Positions 1 to 8,488 of a stretch of 64,000 nt of DNA are shown here, piece after piece. Position 1 is the stretch's first letter, and the number at the start of each line of letters is the position of its first letter. Source of the stretch: a virus (lineage: Duplodnaviria > Caudoviricetes); IMG/VR virus record IMGVR_UViG_3300037067_017859, positions 45,284-109,283 of that record. One strand, written 5' to 3'. Below the pieces are notes generated by a model. That model had not been told where the DNA came from. It was given only the letters and a program-made list of their open reading frames with translations, and did not search any database. The translations under genes were made by a program, and so were the position numbers.

Positions 1-14
1 AACTCCTTCAATTT

Positions 15-287
15 ATGCCGTCTGGATTCGCGGCAGAACTCCGAACGGCCATTCTTAGCAATGAATTCCGTACTTTTACGATCGGCAGTCTATTGAGGAT
101 CGATTGCGTAGAATTAGAGGGGTTTCATCCTTCCTTGAAATACAGCAAGAAATTGATTGACCTTGAAAGTAGCGACCATGCCGAAGAAACAGCCGATGGT
201 TATAATTGGCTTGCGAGTTTATGTGAGAGTGATACGGCAGAAGCCAATGCCCTAACAATCAAATGGATCGAGGAATTCTTAAAATGA
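15..287 (+). CDS. hypothetical protein (start uncertain, near window edge)
   Basis: 90-aa ORF, co-oriented with the next small ORFs; no recognisable motif. Confidence 0.45.
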   Translation: MPSGFAAELRTAILSNEFRTFTIGSLLRIDCVELEGFHPSLKYSKKLIDLESSDHAEETADGYNWLASLCESDTAEANALTIKWIEEFLK

Positions 288-313
288 CCAAACTCGAACT
301 TGGGAGGAAGAAC

Positions 314-475
314 ATGCAGAAGGAAAAGCTATTCGACGATCGAAAGCAAACCAGGCGAAGAAGACCGAATTTCGGGAAACGATACATTCCAAAACATAAA
401 ACCCCGTTGCCCATCGAAGATTACATTGATGCATTTGGGAGGAAAGACAAGGCCGGGCGTGAAAACCAAAAATAA
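314..475 (+). CDS. small basic hypothetical protein
   Basis: GGAGG at 303-307 precedes ATG 314 within ORF 263..475. Confidence 0.5.
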   Translation: MQKEKLFDDRKQTRRRRPNFGKRYIPKHKTPLPIEDYIDAFGRKDKAGRENQK

Positions 476-486
476 AGGAGGGTTCT

Positions 487-624
487 ATGGGCAGAAATTG
501 GCAACCGAAGCTCAAATGCAAATGCAGCAATTGCGGGTGGACCGGAAAGCGTACTTTAAGAATGATGTCTAATTATTGCCCCAACTGTGGGAAATGGGGA
601 ACTATTCGTCAGGATCCGGAATGA
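487..624 (+). CDS. 45-aa zinc-ribbon protein (not in the ORF track)
   Basis: AAGGAGG SD, then MGRNWQPKLKCKCSNCGWTGKRTLRMMSNYCPNCGKWGTIRQDPE*; two CxxC pairs. Confidence 0.7.
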   Translation: MGRNWQPKLKCKCSNCGWTGKRTLRMMSNYCPNCGKWGTIRQDPE

Positions 625-1318
625 CATCTTCATCGTCTTCATCGGAGATTTCATCAACCGATGCAGTTTCTTCCTCTACCGGGGTTGCCTCTGCATCAAT
701 AACCATTTCACTATTTTGGGGGATTTGATCTTGAGTATTAGCAGCATTCATTCTATCCATTACAGTACGAAGAAGATCTTCAGAACTCCGGATTCCAGAC
801 TGCTGGCGGGATTCGCCTCCACCGATGTTCAAACTCTGCTGATTGACGCTGACATTGATGGCTCCCGGCTTCTCCGTCATTCCAACCGCTTCGCGGTATT
901 CTTTCAATGGGCTCGTGGGAGTCAGGCCGGCCGCCAAGAATTGCTTGGCTTCAATATCCAGGGATTCACCCAAGAGGCGCCGGTACTTTTGACCCTCGGT
1001 ACGCTGAATCAGCAAACGGTTTCTGTCATTCTCATGCGCAATAAGCGTTCTGGTTTGGTGAAGGCTCTTGACATGCTGGAGGTCACACTCAATGTCTGCA
1101 AGATTGCACTCTTCGCCATTCCTATTAAGAAAAGCGACGATCTCCTCTTCAGTAAATCCGGAAATATAATGGCTGTAGACCGTGACAGCCCGATCGTGAG
1201 AAGGATAACCATTTTTAGCGCCACGCTTACTCTGCGGCGGGACATCGCTTTTGGTGATGGCCCATTCATAACCTTGTTTCATAACGTGATGATACAACAT
1301 CAAAGATAAAATTAACAA
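602..1318 (-). CDS. hypothetical protein, possible HTH or terminase-small-subunit-like
   Basis: 238-aa ORF with helical N-terminal half (GFTEEEIVAFL), INVSVNQQ segment and acidic tail; probable start is ATG 1282. Confidence 0.6.
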   Translation of the reverse strand: MLILSLMLYHHVMKQGYEWAITKSDVPPQSKRGAKNGYPSHDRAVTVYSHYISGFTEEEIVAFLNRNGEECNLADIECDLQHVKSLHQTRTLIAHENDRNRLLIQRTEGQKYRRLLGESLDIEAKQFLAAGLTPTSPLKEYREAVGMTEKPGAINVSVNQQSLNIGGGESRQQSGIRSSEDLLRTVMDRMNAANTQDQIPQNSEMVIDAEATPVEEETASVDEISDEDDEDVIPDPDE

Positions 1319-1337
1319 AGGATCTTTAAGGAGGCCA

Positions 1338-2156
1338 ATGATCTATCCTCACGACCATAAAGAGGAATTTATAGAGTTGGAATCTGGCCTTATCGTGCCA
1401 CGGGATGCCATTCCTAAACGGCGTCCAACCTGTGTCGATTTGTTTTGCGGATGCGGCGGCATGAGTTTGGGCGTAATTCAGGCCGGAATGGAAGTAGTTG
1501 CAGCCGTCGAATGGGACTATGCGGCCGCGCAAACTTATCTCGTAAACCTTGGAGAGTATCCCTGCGAGATCATCGGAATCGATCCTGGAGATCGAGAAGG
1601 TTTTTCAGATTATTTGGAAAAACAATTCAATAAGCAAAAGCCCCAAAATGGCGTAGTGCAATTAGACGTATGCGGAAGCGGGTGGAGAGCGCACAACCCG
1701 GAAATTCCTGGGGTTAAGCATTTCTTTATAGGCAACATACGCAATCTGACCGGCAAGCGCATCCTCGAAGCTGTGGGCCTTGAGCAAGGAGAACTCGATT
1801 TAGTTTGCGGTGGTCCTCCTTGTCAGGGCTTCTCACTCTCCAATTCTAAGCGTAGCGCCGATGATCCTCGGAATAGCCTTGTTTTTGAATTTGTGCGTCT
1901 GATTCTTGAAATGATGCCCAAAACCATGGTGATGGAGAACGTCCCTCAAATGGCGAAAATGGTTACGCCATGGGGAACCAATATAATAGACGAAATTGCT
2001 CTTCGGCTGGAAGCTGGAGGATGGGGAGTTGCTGAAGGCGTCAGGCAAACACTTTTAGGTGGGAAGGATCGAGGAGGGGCAATCAAACGGCCTAAAGAGA
2101 CAAAAACTATAAAAACAAATAAGCAAAAGAAACTAAGTTTTAAGAAAGGAAGTTAA
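1338..2156 (+). CDS. C5 DNA cytosine methyltransferase, N-terminal half only
   Basis: AAGGAGG SD; motif I DLFCGCGG, motif IV GGPPCQGFS, motif VI ENV; motifs VIII-X and TRD absent. Confidence 0.85.
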   Translation: MIYPHDHKEEFIELESGLIVPRDAIPKRRPTCVDLFCGCGGMSLGVIQAGMEVVAAVEWDYAAAQTYLVNLGEYPCEIIGIDPGDREGFSDYLEKQFNKQKPQNGVVQLDVCGSGWRAHNPEIPGVKHFFIGNIRNLTGKRILEAVGLEQGELDLVCGGPPCQGFSLSNSKRSADDPRNSLVFEFVRLILEMMPKTMVMENVPQMAKMVTPWGTNIIDEIALRLEAGGWGVAEGVRQTLLGGKDRGGAIKRPKETKTIKTNKQKKLSFKKGS

Positions 2157-2159
2157 CCG

Positions 2160-2747
2160 ATGAGCCACCTATTTCTCACTGAAGAGAAAATTCACATCCT
2201 CCTGGAGTCGGCAAAGGCTAATCTTCGTGACTATGCTTTACTGCACATGGCGGCAAGCACAGCGTTGCGAGGATCCGACCTTCTCAGAATCACCCTCGAG
2301 GACATGGTTGATAGGAACGGCGAAATCATCAGGCTGCTCCGATTAAAGATGAAGAAGACCGCCCAATGGATCGAACGGCCGCTCCGGGACGATTGCCGGC
2401 AAGCTGTTTTTACCTGGATCAATAGCCGGAGAGACAAAAACCCTTATCTCTTCATTTGCCTTGGGAATGAAGGGAAAAACAGAAAAAAACCATTAAGCAG
2501 AATGGGTTATGATCGAATTATCAAAAAATACCTGGCTTTGCAATATCATGAATCCGTTTTGCAGGGATGCTCGACACATACGCTGCGGCGATCCGTGGCG
2601 AAGCTCGTCTATAAGAAGACCGGCGAAATTGCCGCGGCGCAATCGCTTCTTGGGCATCATTCCCCCATCAATACCATAAAATATATCGATCCAAACGAAA
2701 TCAAGGAGAAGGCTAATAAAGTGGTTTTGGAGGATCTTCAATGGTAG
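2160..2747 (+). CDS. tyrosine recombinase, catalytic domain only (195 aa)
   Basis: LRGSD (catalytic R), K in MKKT, HTLRR, LLGH, and TIKY (catalytic Y). Confidence 0.9.
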   Translation: MSHLFLTEEKIHILLESAKANLRDYALLHMAASTALRGSDLLRITLEDMVDRNGEIIRLLRLKMKKTAQWIERPLRDDCRQAVFTWINSRRDKNPYLFICLGNEGKNRKKPLSRMGYDRIIKKYLALQYHESVLQGCSTHTLRRSVAKLVYKKTGEIAAAQSLLGHHSPINTIKYIDPNEIKEKANKVVLEDLQW

Positions 2748-3280
2748 AAAACGATGATCCTACCAAATTCGAGGTTGCCTGCGTTCATGGCACATCTATT
2801 ATCAGGCGTAAGGTCGTAAATGAAAAGGGATTTGAAATTCTACAAAGGATGGCGGAAAGAGCAACAAATGGACAATATCACTGGATTAGAGTAAATTATC
2901 CCGATTCGACAACAGAGCGGGTGCTTGGGGAAGTACCTGGGGCTCATAACCCTGGTAAAGGCGGTCCGACTCCGCCACCCGCTACCAAATTAAAATTAAA
3001 AGAACCAAGTCCTTTTAAAGGAGACCCTGGCGATTCAACAACCAAATGTCTTGGTTGTGATAAGGATTTGGGATACCCAACAAGCAGAAAAAAACCATCT
3101 GCATGGTGCCGGTCCTGCTATCCAAAATATAGAGCTTATCTCAAAGATGAAGTTAATCCTTATAACTATGATTTTCCGATTTATAATTATGCGTCAGGCC
3201 ATAATTCAATAAATTTAAGAATAAAACAAAAAATGCAATATGGGTTCAGGATTCTTTATGCTTCATATAACGAAGGATAG
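2741..3280 (+). CDS. hypothetical protein with C-terminal CxxC/CxxC zinc finger
   Basis: CLGC...CRSC; start overlaps the recombinase stop. Confidence 0.6.
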   Translation: MVENDDPTKFEVACVHGTSIIRRKVVNEKGFEILQRMAERATNGQYHWIRVNYPDSTTERVLGEVPGAHNPGKGGPTPPPATKLKLKEPSPFKGDPGDSTTKCLGCDKDLGYPTSRKKPSAWCRSCYPKYRAYLKDEVNPYNYDFPIYNYASGHNSINLRIKQKMQYGFRILYASYNEG

Positions 3281-3284
3281 AGTC

Positions 3285-3314
3285 TTGACACTCGAATCGT
3301 AATCCGGTTAGAAT
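3285..3314 (+). promoter_or_regulatory. sigma70-like promoter
   Basis: TTGACA (3285-3290), 18 nt, TAGAAT (3309-3314). Confidence 0.55.
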
Positions 3315-3334
3315 CATTTTGCTTGGTTTCTCTC

Positions 3335-3376
3335 GGGGGGTTCGCTTGATCGGGGCAGCCCCCCACTCCTTTATTT
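3335..3376. terminator. GC-rich hairpin between convergent units
   Basis: GGGGGGTT...AGCCCCCC stem followed by ACTCCTTTATTT. Confidence 0.5.
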
Positions 3377-3580
3377 GCCAGTCAATTCAAGAAATATTCC
3401 AATAAAACCTCGAGACATAGCCCAGGATTGTGCAGCCGAGAATCCATTGTTTTTGAGTATGCGACGGATTTTATGCCGAGGGTAAGTACGTTCGTAATAA
3501 CGGGCAATCTGAGACTTCCTTCGTCCAAGATGACGAACCTTTGCCGCGCCTTTTTTGGGTTTCTTAGAGAGATCTCCCAT
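3371..3580 (-). CDS. small basic hypothetical protein
   Basis: AAGGAG SD; 69 aa, Arg/Lys rich; has its own upstream promoter. Confidence 0.7.
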   Translation of the reverse strand: MGDLSKKPKKGAAKVRHLGRRKSQIARYYERTYPRHKIRRILKNNGFSAAQSWAMSRGFIGIFLELTGK

Positions 3581-3683
3581 GATTTAAGCTCCTTTGAAAA
3601 TCTAAAGTGCTGTCGTCATGGAAGACCTCCTTATGCCTGAGAGTGATGTGCGAATGATCACCACGTTTACTTCAACAACCTTC

Positions 3684-3728
3684 ATCATAATATTTTTATT
3701 ACTGGTGTCAATATGATTTTGCTATACT
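3684..3728. promoter_or_regulatory. divergent promoter pair
   Basis: minus strand TTGACA-16-TATGAT (3711 to 3684); plus strand extended -10 TGcTATACT (3720-3728). Confidence 0.5.
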
Positions 3729-3759
3729 CTGTCCGTTAAAGGAACCTCAGAAAGACCCC

Positions 3760-3951
3760 ATGGCCAAGCGTTGCGATCACGATGATAATTATGTTTGTCA
3801 GAAATGCGGCGAGTGCTACCAATGCCAGCATGAGCAAGAAGAATTTGATGGTTATATATGGTGGAAATGCCGTTTTCAGGATCGAGTTCATAGAACCAAT
3901 ACCGCAGGTAAAATCGTTGAAATTGTAGGGAATAATTTCGGACAGGATTAA
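3760..3951 (+). CDS. small Cys/His-rich zinc-finger protein
   Basis: CDH...CQKCGECYQCQH...C. Confidence 0.65.
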   Translation: MAKRCDHDDNYVCQKCGECYQCQHEQEEFDGYIWWKCRFQDRVHRTNTAGKIVEIVGNNFGQD

Positions 3952-3959
3952 AACAAGTT

Positions 3960-5843
3960 ATGCATCCAAGTGTAATGGACTTCTTGAGAAAAAATATAAT
4001 TGGCGAAGAATTCGAGGGAAAACGAGTTCTGGAGATCGGAAGCATATACTGGGACGTCAGCCCTCGAGACATCATCATTCCATTAAAGCCTGCCCTATAT
4101 ATTGGGATTGACGAACGGCCAGGTAAAGGCGTCGACGAAGTAAGATCCGCTAATGAACTGTCCAACAGATTCGAGCCCGGCTGGTTTGACGCCGTTGTTT
4201 GCACCGAAGTTCTTGAACATGCAAAAAACTGGCGTCTGCTAATCGAACAGATCAAATATGTCCTCAAACCTGGAGGGGTTCTTTACTTAACATGCCGCGG
4301 TGAGGGTTATCCTTACCATGAAGAACCGAACGACTTCTGGAGATTTTCCGTTAAGAACATGGAGGGAATCCTTTCCGATATGATCTGCTTCATTGAACCA
4401 GATCCGCAATTCCCTGGAGTATTCGCTAAAGCTTTTTTAAGCCAGGAAGCTTTGAGGCCGGCGAAGCTTTATTCCATTTTCCCAAAACCTATATATCCCC
4501 CGACGCATCATCTTTCACATAAGGGTCCGCCAGTAGACCAATCTATAAAATTCACTGTCATCACAGCCACAATACTTAGACCTTCACTAAAAACCGCCTG
4601 TCGGCGCCTGGAGGCCCAAACGTATAAAAACTGGGAGCACATTGTCATGATTGACACTCCCGGCGCAGATATCCCTGAATGGCTGCCACATCCACAAAGG
4701 AAAATCAGGGTTTGCCCAATACCTCACAATAACGTGGGAAATAGCTGCCGATCTAACGCTTGGCCCCTGATAACCGGAGATTACGTCATTTATTTGGACG
4801 ATGACAATCACTACCACAGCCGCAGTTTAGCTCTCCTTGCAGAGGCTATTATGCGAATGTCTCCGCATCCGGAATGGGGAGTGTTCCCAATGGCAAGGAT
4901 GGGCAAGATATTTTTTAATGTCCCACCAGGTAAGAACAAGACTGATACTGGTCAATTCTTTCATAAGCCGATCGTCCGCGGGATTGAGATCCGATATCTT
5001 CCCATAAACGACTATGCCGCAGACGGAGAAATGGTCGAGAAGCTTTCCAGAATATGCAAACCGGCCATCATTAATCCGGAAATCCCTCTCATAAACATGC
5101 CAGTGAGAAGTTTCGGTCTGAGGTCTGACTATTTTGCCAAGACCGAGGCAAGTAATTTCTCAGTAATTATTCCTAATCGATTCGAGGATATAATCCGACC
5201 GCTTATTCATTCGATCAAATTGCACGAACAGGATCCATGCCTGAACGTCCTTATTGTCGGAGATTGTCATAGTAGGGATTACGGATTTTCAAACCTAAGA
5301 CTGGATTATGAAAAATTCATCTTTTCCCGAAACGTCAATGCCGGAATCAGGTATGTGGATCCAGATGACGTAATTCTTGTGAATGATGATATTCGTCTAA
5401 TAATGCCTACCTTCCAAATCCTTCACCGGATTATGCAGGAAAATCCAAAAATAGGGATACTCACGCCTTTAGTCGATGGAGGAGTGGGAAACCCTAAACA
5501 AGTCGCTGAAAATGTGCTGACTGGAAACACCATGCCTCCTGAATTAACCTATTCAGCTTGCACTAAAGACGATTATCTTACCTTCCCTATTGTCTGCCTG
5601 AAGAGAAAACTCCTCAATGAGATGCTTTTCAATGAGGATTTTGTGTCTTACGGGAAAGATGACGCTGACTTTTGCATTCGCGCCGGCCGGCTTGGATGGA
5701 AAGCAGCGGTTTACAACTGGATTGTCTGCCAACATGGCTCGGGCGGAAGTGAGAACCTCCGCGGAAAGAATTGGAATACGTCTTTCATGCGGCGCCCGGA
5801 ACTTTTGGTAGGAGAAGATGTTTTTTCCAAAATTCACAAGTAA
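3960..5843 (+). CDS. class I SAM methyltransferase fused to two GT2-like glycosyltransferase domains
   Basis: VLEIGS and FDAVVCTEVLEH/LKPGG (methyltransferase); FTVITAT...QTYKNWEHIV...YLDDDN (GT-A 1); FSVIIP...LVNDDI...YGKDDADFC (GT-A 2). Confidence 0.85.
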   Translation: MHPSVMDFLRKNIIGEEFEGKRVLEIGSIYWDVSPRDIIIPLKPALYIGIDERPGKGVDEVRSANELSNRFEPGWFDAVVCTEVLEHAKNWRLLIEQIKYVLKPGGVLYLTCRGEGYPYHEEPNDFWRFSVKNMEGILSDMICFIEPDPQFPGVFAKAFLSQEALRPAKLYSIFPKPIYPPTHHLSHKGPPVDQSIKFTVITATILRPSLKTACRRLEAQTYKNWEHIVMIDTPGADIPEWLPHPQRKIRVCPIPHNNVGNSCRSNAWPLITGDYVIYLDDDNHYHSRSLALLAEAIMRMSPHPEWGVFPMARMGKIFFNVPPGKNKTDTGQFFHKPIVRGIEIRYLPINDYAADGEMVEKLSRICKPAIINPEIPLINMPVRSFGLRSDYFAKTEASNFSVIIPNRFEDIIRPLIHSIKLHEQDPCLNVLIVGDCHSRDYGFSNLRLDYEKFIFSRNVNAGIRYVDPDDVILVNDDIRLIMPTFQILHRIMQENPKIGILTPLVDGGVGNPKQVAENVLTGNTMPPELTYSACTKDDYLTFPIVCLKRKLLNEMLFNEDFVSYGKDDADFCIRAGRLGWKAAVYNWIVCQHGSGGSENLRGKNWNTSFMRRPELLVGEDVFSKIHK

Positions 5844-5854
5844 ACCCGGTTTAC
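5840..5854. repeat. palindrome GTAAACCCGGTTTAC, copy 1
   Basis: identical 15-mer at 36025 and 59459. Confidence 0.9.
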
Positions 5855-6007
5855 ATCCAACTTTCACTTTTTTCACCCTCGTATAATGCCCCAGGATCAA
5901 CAATCATCCTTCCACTGCCATACGAATACCTTGTCGGGTGGATTAATTAGGCTGTTCATGGAATGCCAAGCCAGGCGGGGTGTTTTAGTAATTAGTCAAA
6001 CCCTGGT

Positions 6008-6382
6008 TTACGAGAATAAAAGAGCTTGTTGTTTCTTTTTCTCTTTTTTCTGGAAAAAAGCAGCGGCGGCGGCACGGGCTTCTTCTTTGTGACGGTTAAT
6101 TTCTGCTTCTAATCTTTTCATTTCTATTCGTTCCTGCGCTGCGTCATAAAGCCATTTACTGAATAGGCCGGGAATTCTCTCAATTGCCTTTTCCATGTCC
6201 CGGCGCCTCCCGGACTTAATCCCGGTTTTCCCATTGCAGAAACAACCAGGATCATATCCGAGAGATCCATCGCGGAAGAAAAAGAATCCCCGAATCCAAT
6301 GGCACCTTCTACATTCCAAAAGTTTGAGTTTATGGCCATTGGAATAAGCGGACTTCAGCTTTTCATAATCTTCATCGGTCAT
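6008..6382 (-). CDS. hypothetical protein with Cys motifs
   Basis: GGAG SD before MTDEDY; CRRCH...CFC; overlaps the dnaB stop. Confidence 0.6.
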   Translation of the reverse strand: MTDEDYEKLKSAYSNGHKLKLLECRRCHWIRGFFFFRDGSLGYDPGCFCNGKTGIKSGRRRDMEKAIERIPGLFSKWLYDAAQERIEMKRLEAEINRHKEEARAAAAAFFQKKEKKKQQALLFS

Positions 6383-7724
6383 ACCATCTCTCCGGGGAAC
6401 TGTTCGGTTCCTGATACAGATCGTCGAATGATGTATATTCTCCGACATAATTCATTTGGAAGCTGCCAGTCGCTCCGTTTCGTTGTTTGCCGATGATTAC
6501 TTCTGCTATTCCTTGAGATTCCTCGTTATTATTTTCTGCGTGACGATGTAGAAGCACAATCAAATCCGCATCTTGCTCGATCTGACCGGACTGCCTGAGA
6601 TCTGAAATCTTTGGGCTGGAGTCTTTGCGATTTTCAGTGCCACGATTAAGCTGCGCGGCTGCCACGACAGCAACATCCATGGATTTAGCCATACCCTTCA
6701 GACTCATGGAAATATTGCTGATTTTCTCCACGTCATTGCGGCTGATGAGATGTTTTGGTGGAGCGACGAGTTGTAAATAATCTATCAAAATAATGGAAAT
6801 AGGGCTGCGAAGGCGCCGGACTCGGGAACGGATATCGGAAACCATCAAGGAAGAACTGTCGTCAATCCAGATGGGCATTTGGGAGAGTTCACCGGCTGCG
6901 CGGGAAATCTTATTCCAATCTTCCTTGTTCAGATATCCAGTATTCATCCTGGCAAGAGGCACCCTGCCGAATTCAGCAATCATTCGCATAATAAGCTGAG
7001 GAGCCGCCATTTCCAGAGAAAAGACAGCCTGGGGAACGCCTTTTCCTCCCATGCGCCTGCACATTCCCATCAGCAACGAGGTCTTACCGGATCCCGGCCG
7101 GCCAGCGATGATATCCAATTCTTTTTTCTGGAATCCGCGGTGAACAATACGATCGAAATCAGCATATCCAGTATGGAATCCTCCTGTTTCCTTCCGATCG
7201 CTTATTTCTTCGATCGTTTTAAAGGTTTCGGTAACTAACTCTGAAATATGGGTTAACCCTGATTTTCGATTTATCCTCCCTAATTCTTCATCAATCCCCG
7301 AAAAGGTATCCGAAACGATTTCCGTGAATTTTTCCTGAGCCTCATAACACCTGCCCATTAGTTCTGAACCTATTTTAACGCCTACTCGCAGAGCTCTCTG
7401 TTCTCTGAGAATGTCTATATATTGCTGCGCCAAAGCCTCGTTATATGAAGGGAACCAATCTGTTAGGTTGGCAAGATAGGCGGCGCCGCCACAAGCATCC
7501 AATTCATTTTTTTGCCGCAATTTATCTTTTACTGTGATGAGATCTGGACCGACTCCTTCTTCAACTAGATCTTTTATGGCTCTCCAAATTCTCCGGTTTG
7601 CTTCTAAGTAAAAATTATCAGCCTCGAGATCGGCTTCAAGGCGGCCACTCGCAAGAGTAAATCCCAAAACGAAGCGTTCCACTTCTAAATTATTTGGAAG
7701 AACCTTTTCAAGAGTTATGTCCAT
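6372..7724 (-). CDS. dnaB: replicative DNA helicase
   Basis: N-terminal LPNNLEVERFVLG; Walker A GRPGSGKT; FSLEM; IDYLQL; QLNR; DLRQSGQIEQDAD; KQRNG. Confidence 0.97.
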   Translation of the reverse strand: MDITLEKVLPNNLEVERFVLGFTLASGRLEADLEADNFYLEANRRIWRAIKDLVEEGVGPDLITVKDKLRQKNELDACGGAAYLANLTDWFPSYNEALAQQYIDILREQRALRVGVKIGSELMGRCYEAQEKFTEIVSDTFSGIDEELGRINRKSGLTHISELVTETFKTIEEISDRKETGGFHTGYADFDRIVHRGFQKKELDIIAGRPGSGKTSLLMGMCRRMGGKGVPQAVFSLEMAAPQLIMRMIAEFGRVPLARMNTGYLNKEDWNKISRAAGELSQMPIWIDDSSSLMVSDIRSRVRRLRSPISIILIDYLQLVAPPKHLISRNDVEKISNISMSLKGMAKSMDVAVVAAAQLNRGTENRKDSSPKISDLRQSGQIEQDADLIVLLHRHAENNNEESQGIAEVIIGKQRNGATGSFQMNYVGEYTSFDDLYQEPNSSPERWYDR

Positions 7725-8488
7725 TAGCGCTCTCCTATAACATCACAGATTTCTTCCAATCTGCGCGTAAGAGCTTCGCCATAGGATTCCCTAAAAAATT
7801 CCAGATTATAATTTGTCGCTACGCTGAGACGAACAATATCCGGGTTCATGTAGCAAAAATCTATTACTTCGAAAAATTTAGAGAAGGAATATTCCGTATC
7901 GCCAAGTTTGCCACATTCATCAATGAACAAATGCGCAGGGTTATTACTATTTTTCTCGAAATCAGAGACGCTAAACCCTTCAGGGCAGTTTGGTTTGAAT
8001 TCATCAAGCTTCATTTTGCGAATCATTTCCGAACACGTCATATAAAACGCATTACGGCCGGCGTAAAGAGATTCCTTGAAGAGCGCCCACATAAGATAGG
8101 TTTTACCTGTGGAAGTATTTCCACAAAATAAATAACCTCCAAGAGGATTTTTATTCAGAGCTTTAATAATCTCCGTCTGAGTATTCACATCAAGAGCAAC
8201 GAATTTACTTGGCTTTATATCTTTCAGTCTTGGCTCTAATCGGTATCTCCCGGGAACTAATTCTTTAATCAGTTTTTCCACTCTCAGGATCTCGCGGCAC
8301 CAGCAGGTCCGGCACCTGGTCCTTTCCGGGTTCCAAATCACTCCCTCGTCCTGGCACTTTTCGCATTTTGGCGGGGGTGATGGTAAAAGAAGTTCCGGAT
8401 GTTCCGCCCAATTCTTTTCCATCCTTTCCCGGATACCCGCCAGAACCTCCCCTATTTTTCCGCTTACGGGCTTCAGATCGTTCGTCAT
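7724..8488 (-). CDS. DnaC/IstB-like helicase loader ATPase
   Basis: CEKC...CRTCWC zinc site, Walker A GNTSTGKT, Walker B LFIDE, ATN, RRL; GGAG SD before MTND. Confidence 0.85.
   Translation of the reverse strand: MTNDLKPVSGKIGEVLAGIRERMEKNWAEHPELLLPSPPPKCEKCQDEGVIWNPERTRCRTCWCREILRVEKLIKELVPGRYRLEPRLKDIKPSKFVALDVNTQTEIIKALNKNPLGGYLFCGNTSTGKTYLMWALFKESLYAGRNAFYMTCSEMIRKMKLDEFKPNCPEGFSVSDFEKNSNNPAHLFIDECGKLGDTEYSFSKFFEVIDFCYMNPDIVRLSVATNYNLEFFRESYGEALTRRLEEICDVIGER

Noticed and set aside
587-1309. 240-aa plus-strand ORF
   Set aside because: It is the antisense shadow of 602..1318, has no SD and has atypical composition. The same applies to most plus-strand ORFs from 6 to 64 kb.
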